Part shown: positions 48,953 to 62,297 of the stretch, one piece after another
Position numbering within the stretch: the first letter of the stretch is position 1
Layout of the letters: every line of letters starts with the position of its first letter
Source: Catajapyx aquilonaris
Taxonomy: Eukaryota
Direction: 5' to 3'
DNA length: 64,000 nt
Assembly: GCA_000934665.2 (NCBI GenBank)
Contig: KZ538529.1
Span: forward strand, 1 to 64,000
Position numbers and translations under genes: made by a program
The notes under the pieces: model-generated
The model's database searches: none
Seen by the model: only the letters and a program-made list of their open reading frames with translations
Told to the model about the DNA's origin: nothing

Positions 48953-49830
48953 ACATAGTTGTCAATGTACACAGGAATCCATTTTATCATACTGTGCATT
49001 CCAAAAAATTTCTCAGATGTTTGCAAAATTTCCACAGGTATTCGCCTGGTCACGGTTGCCTTTCACCGCGTCTGTAGCGCTCTCCGGTGCCACAAAGGAG
49101 AAGGGTCATCTCGCAAGCTTTGAAGTCAAGTTCAAAGCATGCGAGATGACCCTTCTCCTTCGCGGCACCAGAGAGAGCTGCAGACGTGGTGAAAGGCGAC
49201 AGCGACCGGACAGCCGGGACCAGCAACTCGCGACCGGATGCAGGTGTTGTGGCTTCGGAATATCGCCTTTTGTCTGTATTTTACCCTGCTAACGTGGAAA
49301 TTATCAGCAGAGGTGATGTTTTCTCAACACTATAGGCCAAGCAGAATTAGAAAATCCAAAAATTTTCAAAATTCAGGAGGGTAAGAAGAGTTACTTTGGT
49401 TGTAAGATAGAATTAAAGATTCAGGTGCAAATCAAACAATTTAAAACTCATCCACAAACTATCACGTCTTCCATTGGAGTCTGACAACAAGTCTTTGATC
49501 AAACACACTTCCTGCAGGAGTGTTAGCTAATACAGGGTGTGGAAATTTAACGTACAATGGTACTGTCCCTTTGGGGGATGACAGAAGGGTTCTAGGTGAT
49601 CATTTTAATTATACGTAATCATGGATATAAGAAGCATAGTTACCGAGATAATGTGCTTCAAACGCAAGGTATAAAATATCCTGGCAGGTATGCATCCCTC
49701 AACGTGACCTTACCTTTTTCATTTAAATTTTAGGTGTTATCATGCAATTTAAATTTAAGATACGATCCCATTAGGCATAGCAGGCAATGGCCTAGGAGAT
49801 GGAAGTATCTGAAACATACACACTGGTATA

Positions 49831-50116
49831 TATATATTTTTTTTAGTTTACCCCGTGATAGGCCAGTGGCCTCTTAGGGGGGAAGGGGGTGGTTCCCTAG
49901 GGAGGGCGCTGCAATTTTTGCGTCATTTCTGACTTCCGAAAAACACCAGGCCTTTTCTCCTGGCCCCGGGCAGATAGGGAGTGCAATTCTGCCCCGGCAT
50001 GTCGGGTGAAAAGCGGAAAAAGACCCGGCCAAGCAGAGGTGACGGGGACGGGATTTGAACCCCGGCCTCCCGCTTGGCTGGCCAACGGCGTAACCGTTAG
50101 ACCACCATGCCGCCCC
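49831..50116 (-). mobile_element. tRNA-derived SINE (family C)
   Basis: 12-bp TSD cacactggtata; A and B boxes; shared 3' stem-loop. Confidence 0.88.
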
Positions 50117-51231
50117 CACACTGGTATAATGCACTTTTTATTTACTGCTAATTTTCTTCGTAACTTGCTTCGGAGACCCACGATACCTACACTTAAAATG
50201 GTCACCTAGAACCCTTTAACCCCCCCAAGCATCCTGAATATCCTATCATCATCCAAAAGTGAGTACCGTTATGGGTTAAGACCTGATTCCATAGGTTTTA
50301 CATCCCATGTACTTAATAAGAGCCACTCAGTTTCATCATCCTCAATTGTTCATTAAGTTGCATGAACCTGCACTATGTGACATCACACAAACAGATCTAT
50401 TATTCTATTTACTGATGAACAAATGCTTGAATCAGATTTGACAACCCCTAAACATAGTATGAAACATGTTTACCAGCACAATATTCCTAAAAATATGCAT
50501 TATCTTAGTGACGTCAAATTCCAGGAGTTTCTGAAGATTATTATCACGACAGTCAACTAAATACATGAGAACTAATCAACCTGATATACTTATCACATTC
50601 TCTCCTCTAACTTGAGCCATGTGTTGGCAGAACACATGTTTGACCTTGTGTCATCCCACACGCACTAAAGCACTTCCTGTATCCCTTAAAGTAACATGCT
50701 GTGAAGCTACCCACATTAAACTTCCTCCACAAAAATGTGACTTTCTGATACGATGAAGCCACTCATGTAATTCATCATGAAATATTATCAGAAAACCACA
50801 ACTTCCTCTTGCATTACCCTCACTTCATCACTTTGCAGTACGGCAAGGATTAAAATATCCTGACTTTATCATTCAGTGCTTCAATAAATTTTACGATGAG
50901 AGATGTTACTTTATGCTCAACACACACATCACAATCTTAACGTGCAGAGATATGAATTGCCTATTTCTATATTTATTTCTTTTGCAAATTGTCATGTACA
51001 GTTTTAGATCACAAGGCTTGTGCAAGAATTCAGACAATACATCTAACTGAAGTCTATTGGCTATGCATTCTGCAATGCCATGATGTTATCACTGATAAGT
51101 TAGTTGAATACACAAAGTGACTTTCACTTTTAGATAGACCTCCTAGTGTCTAAGGTGCCTAGATATGATCCTCTGTCCTTGTATATATCCATTGCAAGTG
51201 GTGCCTATTGATTGGACTCATCCAGGCCCAT

Positions 51232-51401
51232 TGTACAGTGTTGGACATTAATCGCGTCGTACTGCTAGCGACATTTTCCGAAGTGGAAGAAGAATGAAAT
51301 TTGCTTGCACGGCTTGCACTATCCATTGCTTTTATTCGTTCTTCTGCCGCTTCAGAAAATGTTCCTAGCAGAACGACACGATTAATGTCCAACACTGTAC
51401 A
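51232..51401. mobile_element. Small MITE (related copy at ~35012-35143)
   Basis: TIR tgtacagtgttggacattaatcg / cgattaatgtccaacactgtaca. Confidence 0.7.
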
Positions 51402-54150
51402 GCAATCCAATGGGTTCCTGTAATGTGGGCATGTTAAAATAATTCTGCATTAAATGATACATGGGTAAAAATACCAACTGTAGGGTTGGTGACATGATTA
51501 CTGGATGACCTGATCACTACATTAATCACTATCAATAACGCAGCTTAAGTTAATAGTCATATCCTTTCCACACAATATGTGCTGAAATATACACTGTCCC
51601 ACTTTTTTGCTTTATTCCCTTGTTGGCCAATGAGAAGTCAAGCTATTTTTTGACTCACCCACACAGCTAACGAATTTTTTTCTCTCTCTCACCCTCTCTT
51701 CCGATCCCAGCCAAAACCAACGATGTTATTTAACTTGAGACATTGACTAATAGCTACTCATACACACCTTGCCCCATCCCATAGCAATTTCAACATTTCA
51801 TGCATATTTATGTGCAATAATTTTTATATATCAAAATTAAATTCTCATATGCATCAGAGATAATTTTTGAACAATAATGAGTTACATGACTGTGAGTCAC
51901 TTCAAAATTACTTCAAGGCAAGCTCTTGACACCATAACCTAGGTGAATATTTCCTAGAAATTCCCCATCTTCCATGTCATGGAAGCCTAATTGAGATTAT
52001 AACTTTGTAATTGCTGAAAGTTCACTTCCAGTGGTTTTTATGGAAGTCTAAGTTACTATACAGTTACATGTGGGAGAGAAATCAGTTTGATAGTTCCATT
52101 ACATTACCAGAAATAATACATCGGCCTCAGGTTACTAAAAATATTGATCAGTACCATTATATTTGAAGTACACATTTAAAACTATTCTCAAGCTAGCCTA
52201 CTAATTAGTGAACTCACTGGGTACCTCCTCAAATGAGGGAATTAAACCATGTTATATCCAATTACATAGTGATCTGATATGCTGTGGGTCAATGGCTAGT
52301 GTCATACCACAGTATGAGAAGTGGGAGCAATGAAAATGACAAATGCCTTACATCTGGTTCATATCATAGGCTTCAAGCCTGCTACTCTCCTCATCTAGTA
52401 TTGCACATCCGTGATACAGCCAACTACCAATTTAAATCATTACAATCCATGTAAGATCTAAGTCACATATTGGCAAAAATTGAAGGCATGAGGTAATATG
52501 CAGTAATGCAATGCAATAATCCTGATATTTTAAGTACTACTTTCACAATGACATGTTATTCGGATGTACGCTACAAGTCACGCAAACCAACAAAAAAGTA
52601 TCTCATGCCTTGCACAAGAATTTTTATGAAAATCAGCAGGAAGTTTTTCTAGAACCACCTAGTACACTGGTCGACACCAGAAGGGAGGGCATAAATGGGT
52701 CAATATTTACTAGTGTCTTTATTTCCTGCTGTCTGTGCCTAGGTGACTTAATAGTTTTAATAGTTTTAATAGTTTCAAAATTTCATCATAAATTTTACCA
52801 TATAATTTTTCGCTATCATTACCGGAATGACAATTAAATGATTGTTTGCATGTGAAACCTTTACTTATTAGATGTTACAAGGACACTTCCCACACTTTCA
52901 CAATGTGGGAATAAAATTACCATCTTCATAATTTTGCACACAAATATTAAATTCATTATGAATTTATGACTAAATTTATTTATTAAGTATCAAAATTTGG
53001 TCCAATTGCCATTCACAATATTTTCTAAATTATGGAAACAAAATGATGTAACATCAGAAGTAGTTCCATATCTCATCAATTTAGTACTACTCATGTATAA
53101 ATATAATAATCCTATTCAAATAAGTTTTTTGTCAATTTGTATACCTGTTATGACCGTCAAATATCGGTAATGGTATATTTGCTAAAATAATGACAATTCT
53201 AGTGGACAGTTTCCTTAAGACTTGCCAATGTGTCAGATTATGACATTGGAAATTTTATTCCCACATATTGTGAAGGTGTGGGAAGTACAATAAAAAAGTT
53301 AATGTTTGAAAACATGCTAAAAGATTTTAATTGGTTAAGCAAATGACAGAAATTATCTTGGAAAGTTACTGGTGAAATATGATGCCATAACGCAGTATCA
53401 ATGTCATCCCATACACTCACTGTCAGCGAATGCAGGTAATACACTAGTGTTGGAAAATAACAATCTTTCATTACCATAATCAATTTGACCCTTTAGCACA
53501 TATTAACCCAAAAACAATTTATAAATGGATAACACTTATGTTTCTTTGACTCGTCTTATGACATGTTCACAACTGTAATACTACACCTAAACCATAGTAT
53601 AGGCCTGTACACCTATTTTACCATTTACTCCACCAGGACAACATATTGTATCTTGACCAAATATTGATCCAAATGCAGTGCACTACTAAAGCGTACAGCC
53701 ACAGTACATTTCATCTATTTAAATAGATGTCATTATGCATTTTACTTACATGATATCTGACAGTGACCATATTTCCCTCTTAAACCTTGCGTTTCCTCTT
53801 GTCTCATTAATTTTTAAAAATCTGTCCAGTATACCATAGTAGCTTGCATTATCAATATTCACAGGCTACAACGCAAGCCTTCATTGCATGACTTCACCAA
53901 TTGAGCATGTGACCACGACACAGATCCCCACTGCATTTAAAAAGCAGGAAAAAAAGTATCATCCATACCCCCCAAATACCCCAGTCGTCTTCCCATCCCA
54001 CACCCTGATATGTCACGGGGTTACAGGACACACCTGCGAAGGAAACCCTCCGCAAAACATGACCCACTGCAAAATATTGCGTGGGCATGAACAGGACCTA
54101 CAAACCCGCCTAATCCTCAAAAATGATATTTACATCCAAAAAATGCTTAC

Positions 54151-54370
54151 CGTAGGATATATCACGCGATGTCCGGCTGAGGCAGGTGACGAAGTTCTGT
54201 CGAAAAGCGGTGAAAGGTGTCGACTAGTTTTCAGACCAGCTCCCAACAGGAAAATGTGCTATAGAGAGTCAGGACTTAGGAGGAGGAGAGTGACGTCACC
54301 GCACTACTTGTTTCGGGGATAGCCACCGGGGTTGCCACATTTACTTGCTCACACACACTTGGCAACCCTT
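54151..54370 (-). promoter_or_regulatory. Probable LITAF promoter and 5'UTR exon
   Basis: CpG-containing stretch with donor ACG|gtaagc at 54151, a perfect CRE palindrome TGACGTCA at 54291-54298 and inverted GGGTTGCCA/TGGCAACCC motifs at ~54329-54368. Confidence 0.55.
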
Positions 54371-55248
54371 ACCGCGCCAGGGACTGGGTGGAATGCTTTT
54401 TTCTTAATAACTTGGCCTGCGTTGCGTAATTTTGTAATTGCCGAAAGTTAAACACGTATTGAGACAATGTGTGATTGCATTAAACGTTTTGGAACTTTAT
54501 AGCCTGCAGGGTGTTTCGTAATTAGGCTATTACCGTAAAAAGGCATTTGGGCAGCAGGGATGATATGTGCTTTATATGGAGTGTCATTTGGTCTTCGAAG
54601 ACTCCGAAGACTGAATAATCAGTACATGGCCATAAATTAATATTTGACAATGAAATTTTTTATTATCAATAATAGTTGCGACATTTTGATCGTTCAGAGG
54701 CAATAAATGGCAGCATACGGAAATGACATTCACTGATGCTGAACATTTAAGCTTATCTTATCTCAGTAATGACCCTATACTGAACATTTGTGGGCACATT
54801 TCAATTTGTGTTACTATATAGTAACACAAATGTTCAGTATATAGGGTCATTACTGCAGATAAGATAAGCTTTAACTGAAAAGGGAATATCACCCGAATAT
54901 TACCATATATTTGTAGCTTTGCATTGAGACAGCTTAGTCTACACAGGCACACTACTGCATGTGATATCCCTTCAAAATTCAAATGAACTATTACAATGCA
55001 GGAATGCACAACAACAACTATCAATGATGCATACATATCAATTCAGTGGGTTAGAAATTTAGCAAGAAAATGTATTCTAGAAATTGGGGACCATCTGCAT
55101 TTGAAATAAAAATTTTAATGCCATATTGAGGGTTCCCAGATTCCATGACCATTTGAATCTTGAAAAAATAGTAAAGGCCTTGATATCACAACTCAAGTAA
55201 CAAAAATAGGAAAAAGTGATTTGTGAATTTCACATTAATTTTTGTAGA

Positions 55249-55637
55249 TTTTTTTTTTTGTATTACCCTGTGATAGGGCCAGAGGCCCTCTTAGGGGGGT
55301 GAAACACTACCATATTTTTCCTTCAATATTTCGTATTTTCTTCAGACACCGTGCAGGGAAGAAAGGACATGGGGTAGGGATGGAGATTTTTCGGGGAGGA
55401 GACAAGGGTGAAAGTGCAATGTTGGAATACTGGGTCATGTGCAGTCTCCCTGGAGGTATACCGTATACCTCCAGGGAGACTGCACATGACCTAAGGTGCC
55501 AGACGCCTCCAAGGCGTGGGTCAGAAACCCTCCTGACGCAGGTGAAAGCTAGGGAACTCATGGGCGGGGATCGAACCCGGGACCTTTCACTCAGCAAGCT
55601 GATGAGTCGTTACCAACTTGGCCACCACACCTACCCT
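55249..55637 (-). mobile_element. tRNA-derived SINE (family B)
   Basis: 11-bp TSD atttttgtaga; head and body match 7854-8143; shared 3' stem-loop. Confidence 0.88.
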
Positions 55638-55854
55638 ATTTTTGTAGAAGATACTTGTAGCAAAAATATATGTAGAGTGAGAAGGAAAAGAAAAATCTAA
55701 CAAGTTTTCTGTCGGTTGTTTGCCAGAGTCAAGAAATTATACTTGGTAGACATAATTAAGAAAGGGAGTAAAAAAGAAAGACACGAATAAAAACACGAAA
55801 AAGACGAAAGAAAAGGGGTAGGTGGAAGTAGAAAAAAAAATCGAAAATGGAATC

Positions 55855-55949
55855 GGGTCTCCGACGAGGCTCAAACCTACAACCATTTGATCTTCTAAGA
55901 CCATGCTTTGATCTGTAAACAGCAGCGTTACCAACTGGGCCACGCGACC
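55855..55949 (-). pseudogene. tRNA-like (Arg-type) pseudogene with an insertion
   Basis: GGTCGCGTGGCCCAGTTGGTAACGC... A box, degenerate B box GGTTTGAGCC, GGTC/GACC acceptor stem, downstream T tract, ~21-nt insertion. Confidence 0.45.
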
Positions 55950-57491
55950 TAGACTTGTTTATTACGTTCCAATTCGCCTATTATCCCCGTCGCCTTGGTT
56001 ACTTTTAATTGCTAATTACTCGAAAATGCTTGAGTATAGTGACGGTTGTCATTTTCACATAGCCTATTCATACCTGGCCTACAATTGACCAGCCATGTAA
56101 TTTTCGGTCAGATCGGTGACATGTTGGTGCGGATCATTCCCTAAGTCGAAGTTCATGTTGGCGAGTACAGAAAATTTTCTCATTTCCCAGCCGAAGGGTC
56201 GAGAGTAGGCCACATGTACAGAAAGGCTCAATTTCCTCATCTCCGTCTACCCATACAGAAACCCACAATAAGCGCCCAGCTCCGCTATTGCTCCGCAAAA
56301 ACAAAAAATATCACGCACAGGCAACGTACCGTGCCTGGCAGGGCCACAAAACGGACAGTAGGCTACTGGTGCGGTCACTCCAACGCCTTACAGATAACAC
56401 CAACACAATAAGCGGTGGAATATAAACGTAATTTGGGGGTTGTATGTTCTAGCATCACTGTCCGCATTGTGGCGGCGTAGATGTGGGTGTTGCGTGATGT
56501 GGGTGTGGCAAAGCCACAATAACGTTCGTTGGCCTGAAATACAAGAATCCAGCGACACGGAAAAAAAATACAATCAGGCACATCGAGAGGCAATACGAAA
56601 AAGGCAGAAAAGGTACGATACAGAGCATCGGGAGTACATAAGGAAGAATTGCAGAAATTACCAATCAGGCCATCGGGAGTCCATAATGCAGAATTGCAGA
56701 AACTGCAAGTCAGAATCCTCTCTCCATGTTCATCGAGAGGTCATAATCAAGAAACAAATTTGTACATTAATTATTAGTTAAACTACATGTTCAAGTTCCT
56801 TTGTCAAAAAATAAAGCTGCAATTATCCCAAAAACACTTCCTATGGAATTTTTTAAAAAAGTAAGAGCTAGGTGACGGATAGAAATTACTTAAACAAGAC
56901 GAGGCCGCGTGTAACACAGAGGTCTTACTTACGCATTTTACGAAATAAAATAAATAGATGGTGTTTGTCAAGTCATCAGTGCTCATGGAGCCGTTCACCA
57001 ACCCCTGGTGTAAGTCGATGTTTCGACGCTGCATGACAGCATCCAACACCTAGTGTCAAAACTGTCTCGAGGCCGGCTGTTCGCGAGGTATCCTCTCGCA
57101 GTCTGTTCAGGTGCTTGCTACCCCTCTGTCGATCTGCCAAGTTGCCGGTCAACTTGTCCTCTGCCTCAAGTTTAATAATTGTCTGCTGGCATGAAGACAG
57201 AAGCACGTGATTGTTGAATTTTTTGTTGTTGTGCGTTGTTGATTGTTTGGTTGTTCTGCAGGTACATTTATTTCCCAGTGTTCGATCCATTGTTTCATGA
57301 GCTTGTTTGTAGAAAAGTTAATTGAACTTCAATTAACTTTTCTACAAACAAGCTCATGAAACAATGGATTTTTTGTTGTTGTGCGTTGTTGATTGTTTGG
57401 TTGTTCTGCAGGTACTGCAAGGACATGCACAGGTCGCGATAGTTCTCTTGGCATCTAGGGAGTCAGAAATATATTGTTTGGATGGCTGTGG

Positions 57492-57859
57492 TGTGACGTA
57501 CCCGCCCGGCTAAAGAGGGCACGACACATGGGACCAGACCCAGACACTCACCAGGCCTAGCCCCGACCCCTTTCTCCCACTCACCCCAGACAAAGGAGTC
57601 ACACAGTTCCTGTATAAAACTGTTTATTGCACACTCACAATCATACCCAGCATACACACAGAACACTTACGCACAGGGCATGGGGCCCAACGGCCCCCCA
57701 GACACAGGCTACCAGGAGGTCACCTCCAACCCAACCACCCTGTTCCCTTGCCTCGCCTCGTCTCCTCACCTTCCCTCAACATCCGCCAGGTGGCTCCCCA
57801 CCCTATCCATAGTGCTGCCCTCTGTTGGCAGCAGCCACTACAATAGGCAGACTGCCACA
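57492..57859 (-). mobile_element. Solo LTR (Ty3/gypsy-like)
   Basis: TGT..ACA termini, 4-bp TSD gtgg on both sides, AATAAA on the minus strand at ~57623-57628. Confidence 0.8.
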
Positions 57860-57919
57860 GTGGGTATAGAGAGGATTCAAGGGTGGCACCACCATTATTA
57901 CTCTGGTGGTTGCTGAAGT

Positions 57920-57974
<55 letters not shown>

Positions 57975-58301
57975 TGATTGGGTATTCGGCTAACCCCATA
58001 GGGGTTTTTTGCCAGACCTTTATTGTGATGGTGTACAATTCTGGGAATCCTATTATTGAAGCGCCCGGGCCCACGGGCAGGATGACAGGAGATGTGCAAA
58101 GTGCAGTGCATCTGACGCGGTGGCCATTTTTAGTGAACTCCCCCGGGTGGTTTAGTCTGTAGGAAATACCACCCAAGACGAAGCCAAAGGTGACCCTGAA
58201 CTCTGCACGAGATGAAGGGGGTGTCCCCGGGCTGGGATCGAACCCGGGACCTTAACATCCGTGGGCGCGCACGTTACCGCGGCGCCACTCCGTCTCCCCG
58301 T
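57920..58301 (-). mobile_element. tRNA-derived SINE (family E)
   Basis: A box tggcgccgcgg, B box ggttcgatccc, (TTA)n tail, 16-bp TSD tggtggttgctgaagt. Confidence 0.9.
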
Positions 58302-58797
58302 TGGTGGTTGCTGAAGTACTTGTTCAGGAGTGCGAATTGCCAGGATTGTTTCAAACTATAAGTCACTTCAGTGCTAGTTTCACCTAACTTTTGAAACGTG
58401 TTCTTTGTGAGATGATAGCATATAAACAGAGGTGTTAAATTATTTACCTCAGGGCTCTTTTACCACATTTTCTTATTTCATCAACGATGCCTGTAGCGGT
58501 TAGCCTCATAATATTGTCATGAATATTTTGCAATGAATTACATTGAACTCATTTGAAACAAGTTTGTTCTATTGTATACATGCATTTCCCATTCCTCTCC
58601 TGAACGACGCTGGACTAGACAAAATTTGCAGACACTTCCAGACCGTGTCAGTCGAGTCAGTGTTGCCTTTTGTCAGGGCTTTTCTGCCCCGGGGTCATGC
58701 TGACCCCTGTATATGTAGAGTCAGTGCAGTGCTCCATAGTGGATGGAGGACTTTGGCTGCCAACACCAAACCTGATGTGCTGATGATCATAATCATC

Positions 58798-59726
58798 CAG
58801 GGTGTGCCGAAAAGGACCGTGGAAGTCATCATAGCATCCATGACATAGTCGAACTTATTCCGAAGAAGAAGTTGCTAAGTACTACTTAAGGCCTGTCCTG
58901 AAAAGTTTGTCAAAATGACTTAATCACTTTTGCTTCTGGATGCTTCAATTATTATTACTGTACAGTATATGCACTATTCATCAGGGACCTGAGTTACGTA
59001 CAAATCCAATTGCAGAAATTCTTATGAACATAACCCCGTTTGTGGACCAGGGACTAAAGAATTTCAATGGGTGCAGGCATAAGTTTTCAGACGTTGTTGC
59101 CTGGTGCCATGTTCTTAATGCAGACTCTCTGGTTACTTTTCCTGTAATTTTCATGACCAGTTTGGTACCATTTCAAAAAACTCTTTTATGTTTATGGAAC
59201 TTATGTTGGATCTGCACTGCCCGAATGTATGGGGAGTGGTCACAGAAGGGATGGCTTTGAGTGCTATAGTCTCAGGTATTCACGAGTGGAGAATAGGGAG
59301 CCAGCAAGTGCTTAGAAGAGCAAAACTAATTGTACAGTATACTGAAATCTGATTTTCCTAAAAAAGAAAGTCAGTACTATAATAATTCAACTAGTGCAGG
59401 ATGAGAGGTAGGGGTGGTGGAATGCAGGGGTGTAGTAGTATTACAGCAGTCACATTATTGCTAACTTCCACCAACCTTTTAAAATGCCAGTTAAGAGCTG
59501 ACCGAGCTAACTATAGTTCAGAGCTGCTTGAAGGATGGGTTGCATTGCTCCAACTCATGGCATTATAAACTGTTTATTAGTAGCAAACTGATGTTCAATA
59601 TTCATTTCAAGATGGTCCCATGTGCAATATCTGTTATAATGTAGCTCTCATCCATATCAGTTGAAATGATCTGGATGTTCCTGGGTCAAGTTGGTATTTC
59701 TGTGTCCAGACTTTTGGGTCACCCTG
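58798..59726 (-). mobile_element. Decayed Tc1/mariner-like element
   Basis: cagggtg..caccctg|ta ends; degenerate WLPYSP and PIE motifs on the minus strand. Confidence 0.4.
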
Positions 59727-61185
59727 TAAAATATTTTTGCTGTTATGGATGTGACCTAAAGTGTGAAAGAATCAAAGAAGTGGTACTGATAACAGTGGCA
59801 TTGGAACTTGGCTACTATCATCACAATGGCAACAATGACTGAACAATTGCAACAATACTTATTGTTGCTACCGATGTCGGTACCCAAGTTTCATTTCCAT
59901 CAGGCTTATGCAAAGGCCCAGCCGAGAGTGACTATGAGATGACCTTCCTGTTGTTGATTCTGATATTCAATTGGCTTATTATCTGGAACAAGCATGCTTA
60001 CTGTTGAATATGTCTGACTTAGCAGTTAAAAAAGTACTCAGAGATTGGTGCATTTCAGATGGTTTTATACCCAACAACTGCATCATCAGCAACCAGTGGC
60101 ATTACCACAACAACAACAACTGTCGCAGTGACAACACCTCTTCCATCGATATCGTCACCATCCCCTGCCGAAGTCCACCATACTTCACCAAGTGGCAACA
60201 TTGGAGGCAGAGAGGAGGATGATGACAATGATGATGACTGTGACAGTCAAAGACGCCAACAGCTGCTAGTCCCAACCACATCACCAACCAAGTCAAGTTG
60301 TCATGATGACAGCCCATACTGATTTTCTTCATTTACCCCTTTGGTTGCTCCTAAGGTGGTGAAGGTGTGCCAGCTTGTCAGGATTGTTTCTAGCCATTTT
60401 TTTGACGGCAAGGACAGTTTCCATGTGTACTTAAAACCAGTGATGACAAACTCTGCTTACAACGAGAGGAAATAGATGTTATTAATGGTGTGGAGGTAAT
60501 TCAGTTTGTTTGGTCATGTTTATGTTTTGGTGTTTTTTTTTCTCTACAGATAGCAATGTGCATATTCCATGAGCGAATATTCAGAAAACAAGTCACGGTT
60601 ACCTGAGAAAAGTGAGGCAGAAAGAGAGAGAATGCAATGTAATAAATGACTATGAGTTACAATGAGCATTTTATTTTTTTCACACGTGAAGAAGGTGTAA
60701 GAGTAGGCCTACTTAACAATAACAGAAGTAATTGCATGAATTTTTTTATTCAGACACCTCAGGCTTTCCAGTGGTGTACTGGATGGCAGCAATAGCAATA
60801 GGATATCCTGCTTCTCAATGGAAAGAGCAGTTGGAGGTTCCAGAAGTGCATTCTTAGAAGTCCGCTGACTGTAGAGGTTGCTGGTTCTAAATGGAATGTC
60901 CAAATATAAAGAGTCCATAAGTTTCCCATGCTAGGTCTTATATAGCTCAGACTTGATTGAGGCAGCGAAAACTAGACTGAATATGAATCTACAGCCAGTG
61001 TAGATAATTTTGGTGAAAGTCACTTCTGTAGCTCATTGGGAACATTGAAATTTCTGGACAAACATTAGCATTATGTCCAGTAGGGAAAATAATTTTTTAG
61101 GATTAGAAGAAAACTGCGAGTGGGGATAGGATTATCAGTAATTTGCATTCCAATCGGTCCTGCTTTTTAACATGGCTACCCAATA

Positions 61186-61619
61186 CACTGGAGCCTCGTA
61201 TTTCGAACATGATTCATTCCAGGAGGCCATTTGAACTCTGAATTGTTCAAAGTTGATATCAATATACCCCGTTAGTAGTAATGGAAAGTGAATTAATCTG
61301 ATCCCACACCCTAAATAATACCCATTTCAATAAACTTAAACAGCAGATAACAATTTTAGATAAAAATGACACAATGAAATGCCTGAAATGATGAATTAAA
61401 ACATTAAAACAATAAAATATGTAAATACTGTAAATAAAGCAAAAATTGCACTCAAAACACATGAACGTAATACAAGAGATGGCATATACACAGCGCACAC
61501 ATTTTTTCACTGTGTGTGTAGTTCAAACTTGAAAGTATCAATCGAACTCCAGGCTGAATTTAGCTTTCGAACTATAGAATGTTCAAAGTTAGGGTCATTC
61601 GAATTACGAGGTACCACTG
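61186..61619. mobile_element. pogo/Tigger-like MITE
   Basis: TA|cactggagcctcgtatttcgaa ... ttcgaattacgaggtaccactg|TA. Confidence 0.75.
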
Positions 61620-62297
61620 TAATTAAAAATTAGCCACTCCCAAGTAGTAACTCCAGATGAAAGTCTGGAGTGCAAACTCTGCATAATAATTATGGACAAA
61701 AAATGCACGATTTGACCTGTATAATATGACAATGGGATCAATTGTAAACATACGAATGGTCAACAAAATGGCATGTACGTATATCTCTAATCACATGGGA
61801 TCACTGGAAAATTGTATTGATTTTTTTTCAAATGTTAAAAACATGCCAATGTCCCTTTATTTCCCCGCAGGGAATGGCAGAGTTAGGTCTGCAAAAGATA
61901 ATTACATAAAAAAAGGATTTGCAGTATTTACATATTGGCAGAATGAATTTTTTGATTTGATGGACCAGTCAGATTCAAATGGCACAATTTTGCAAAGGTG
62001 TACACTTTGAGGCCTTCTGGAGCCATTTTGCTCAGGTGCAATTGACTAAACTTGGTACCAAATGACTTGCCTAATTATGCCTAAGAAAATGGTGCATCAC
62101 GTGATTCATTTTGAGTAATTGGTCTTGGACCATATGGACCCTTTTCAAACTGGTGGTTCCCAGATGGTGGGTGTTATTTCACATTTGTCTTTTCATTTGT
62201 TTCAAAATATACTTCCAGATTCTTGTGTGAAATTTATAATAAATGGGGGGTATTTGAAAAGGGCAAGTGTAAGAGACTGTTGGAATTCTGTCTTCAA

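Noticed and set aside
56970..57050. Penelope-type hammerhead ribozyme (stem plus GAAAC; nearby CTGATGA) on the minus strand
   Set aside because: The CUGANGA core is not correctly placed 5' of the stem and no closing stems are evident.
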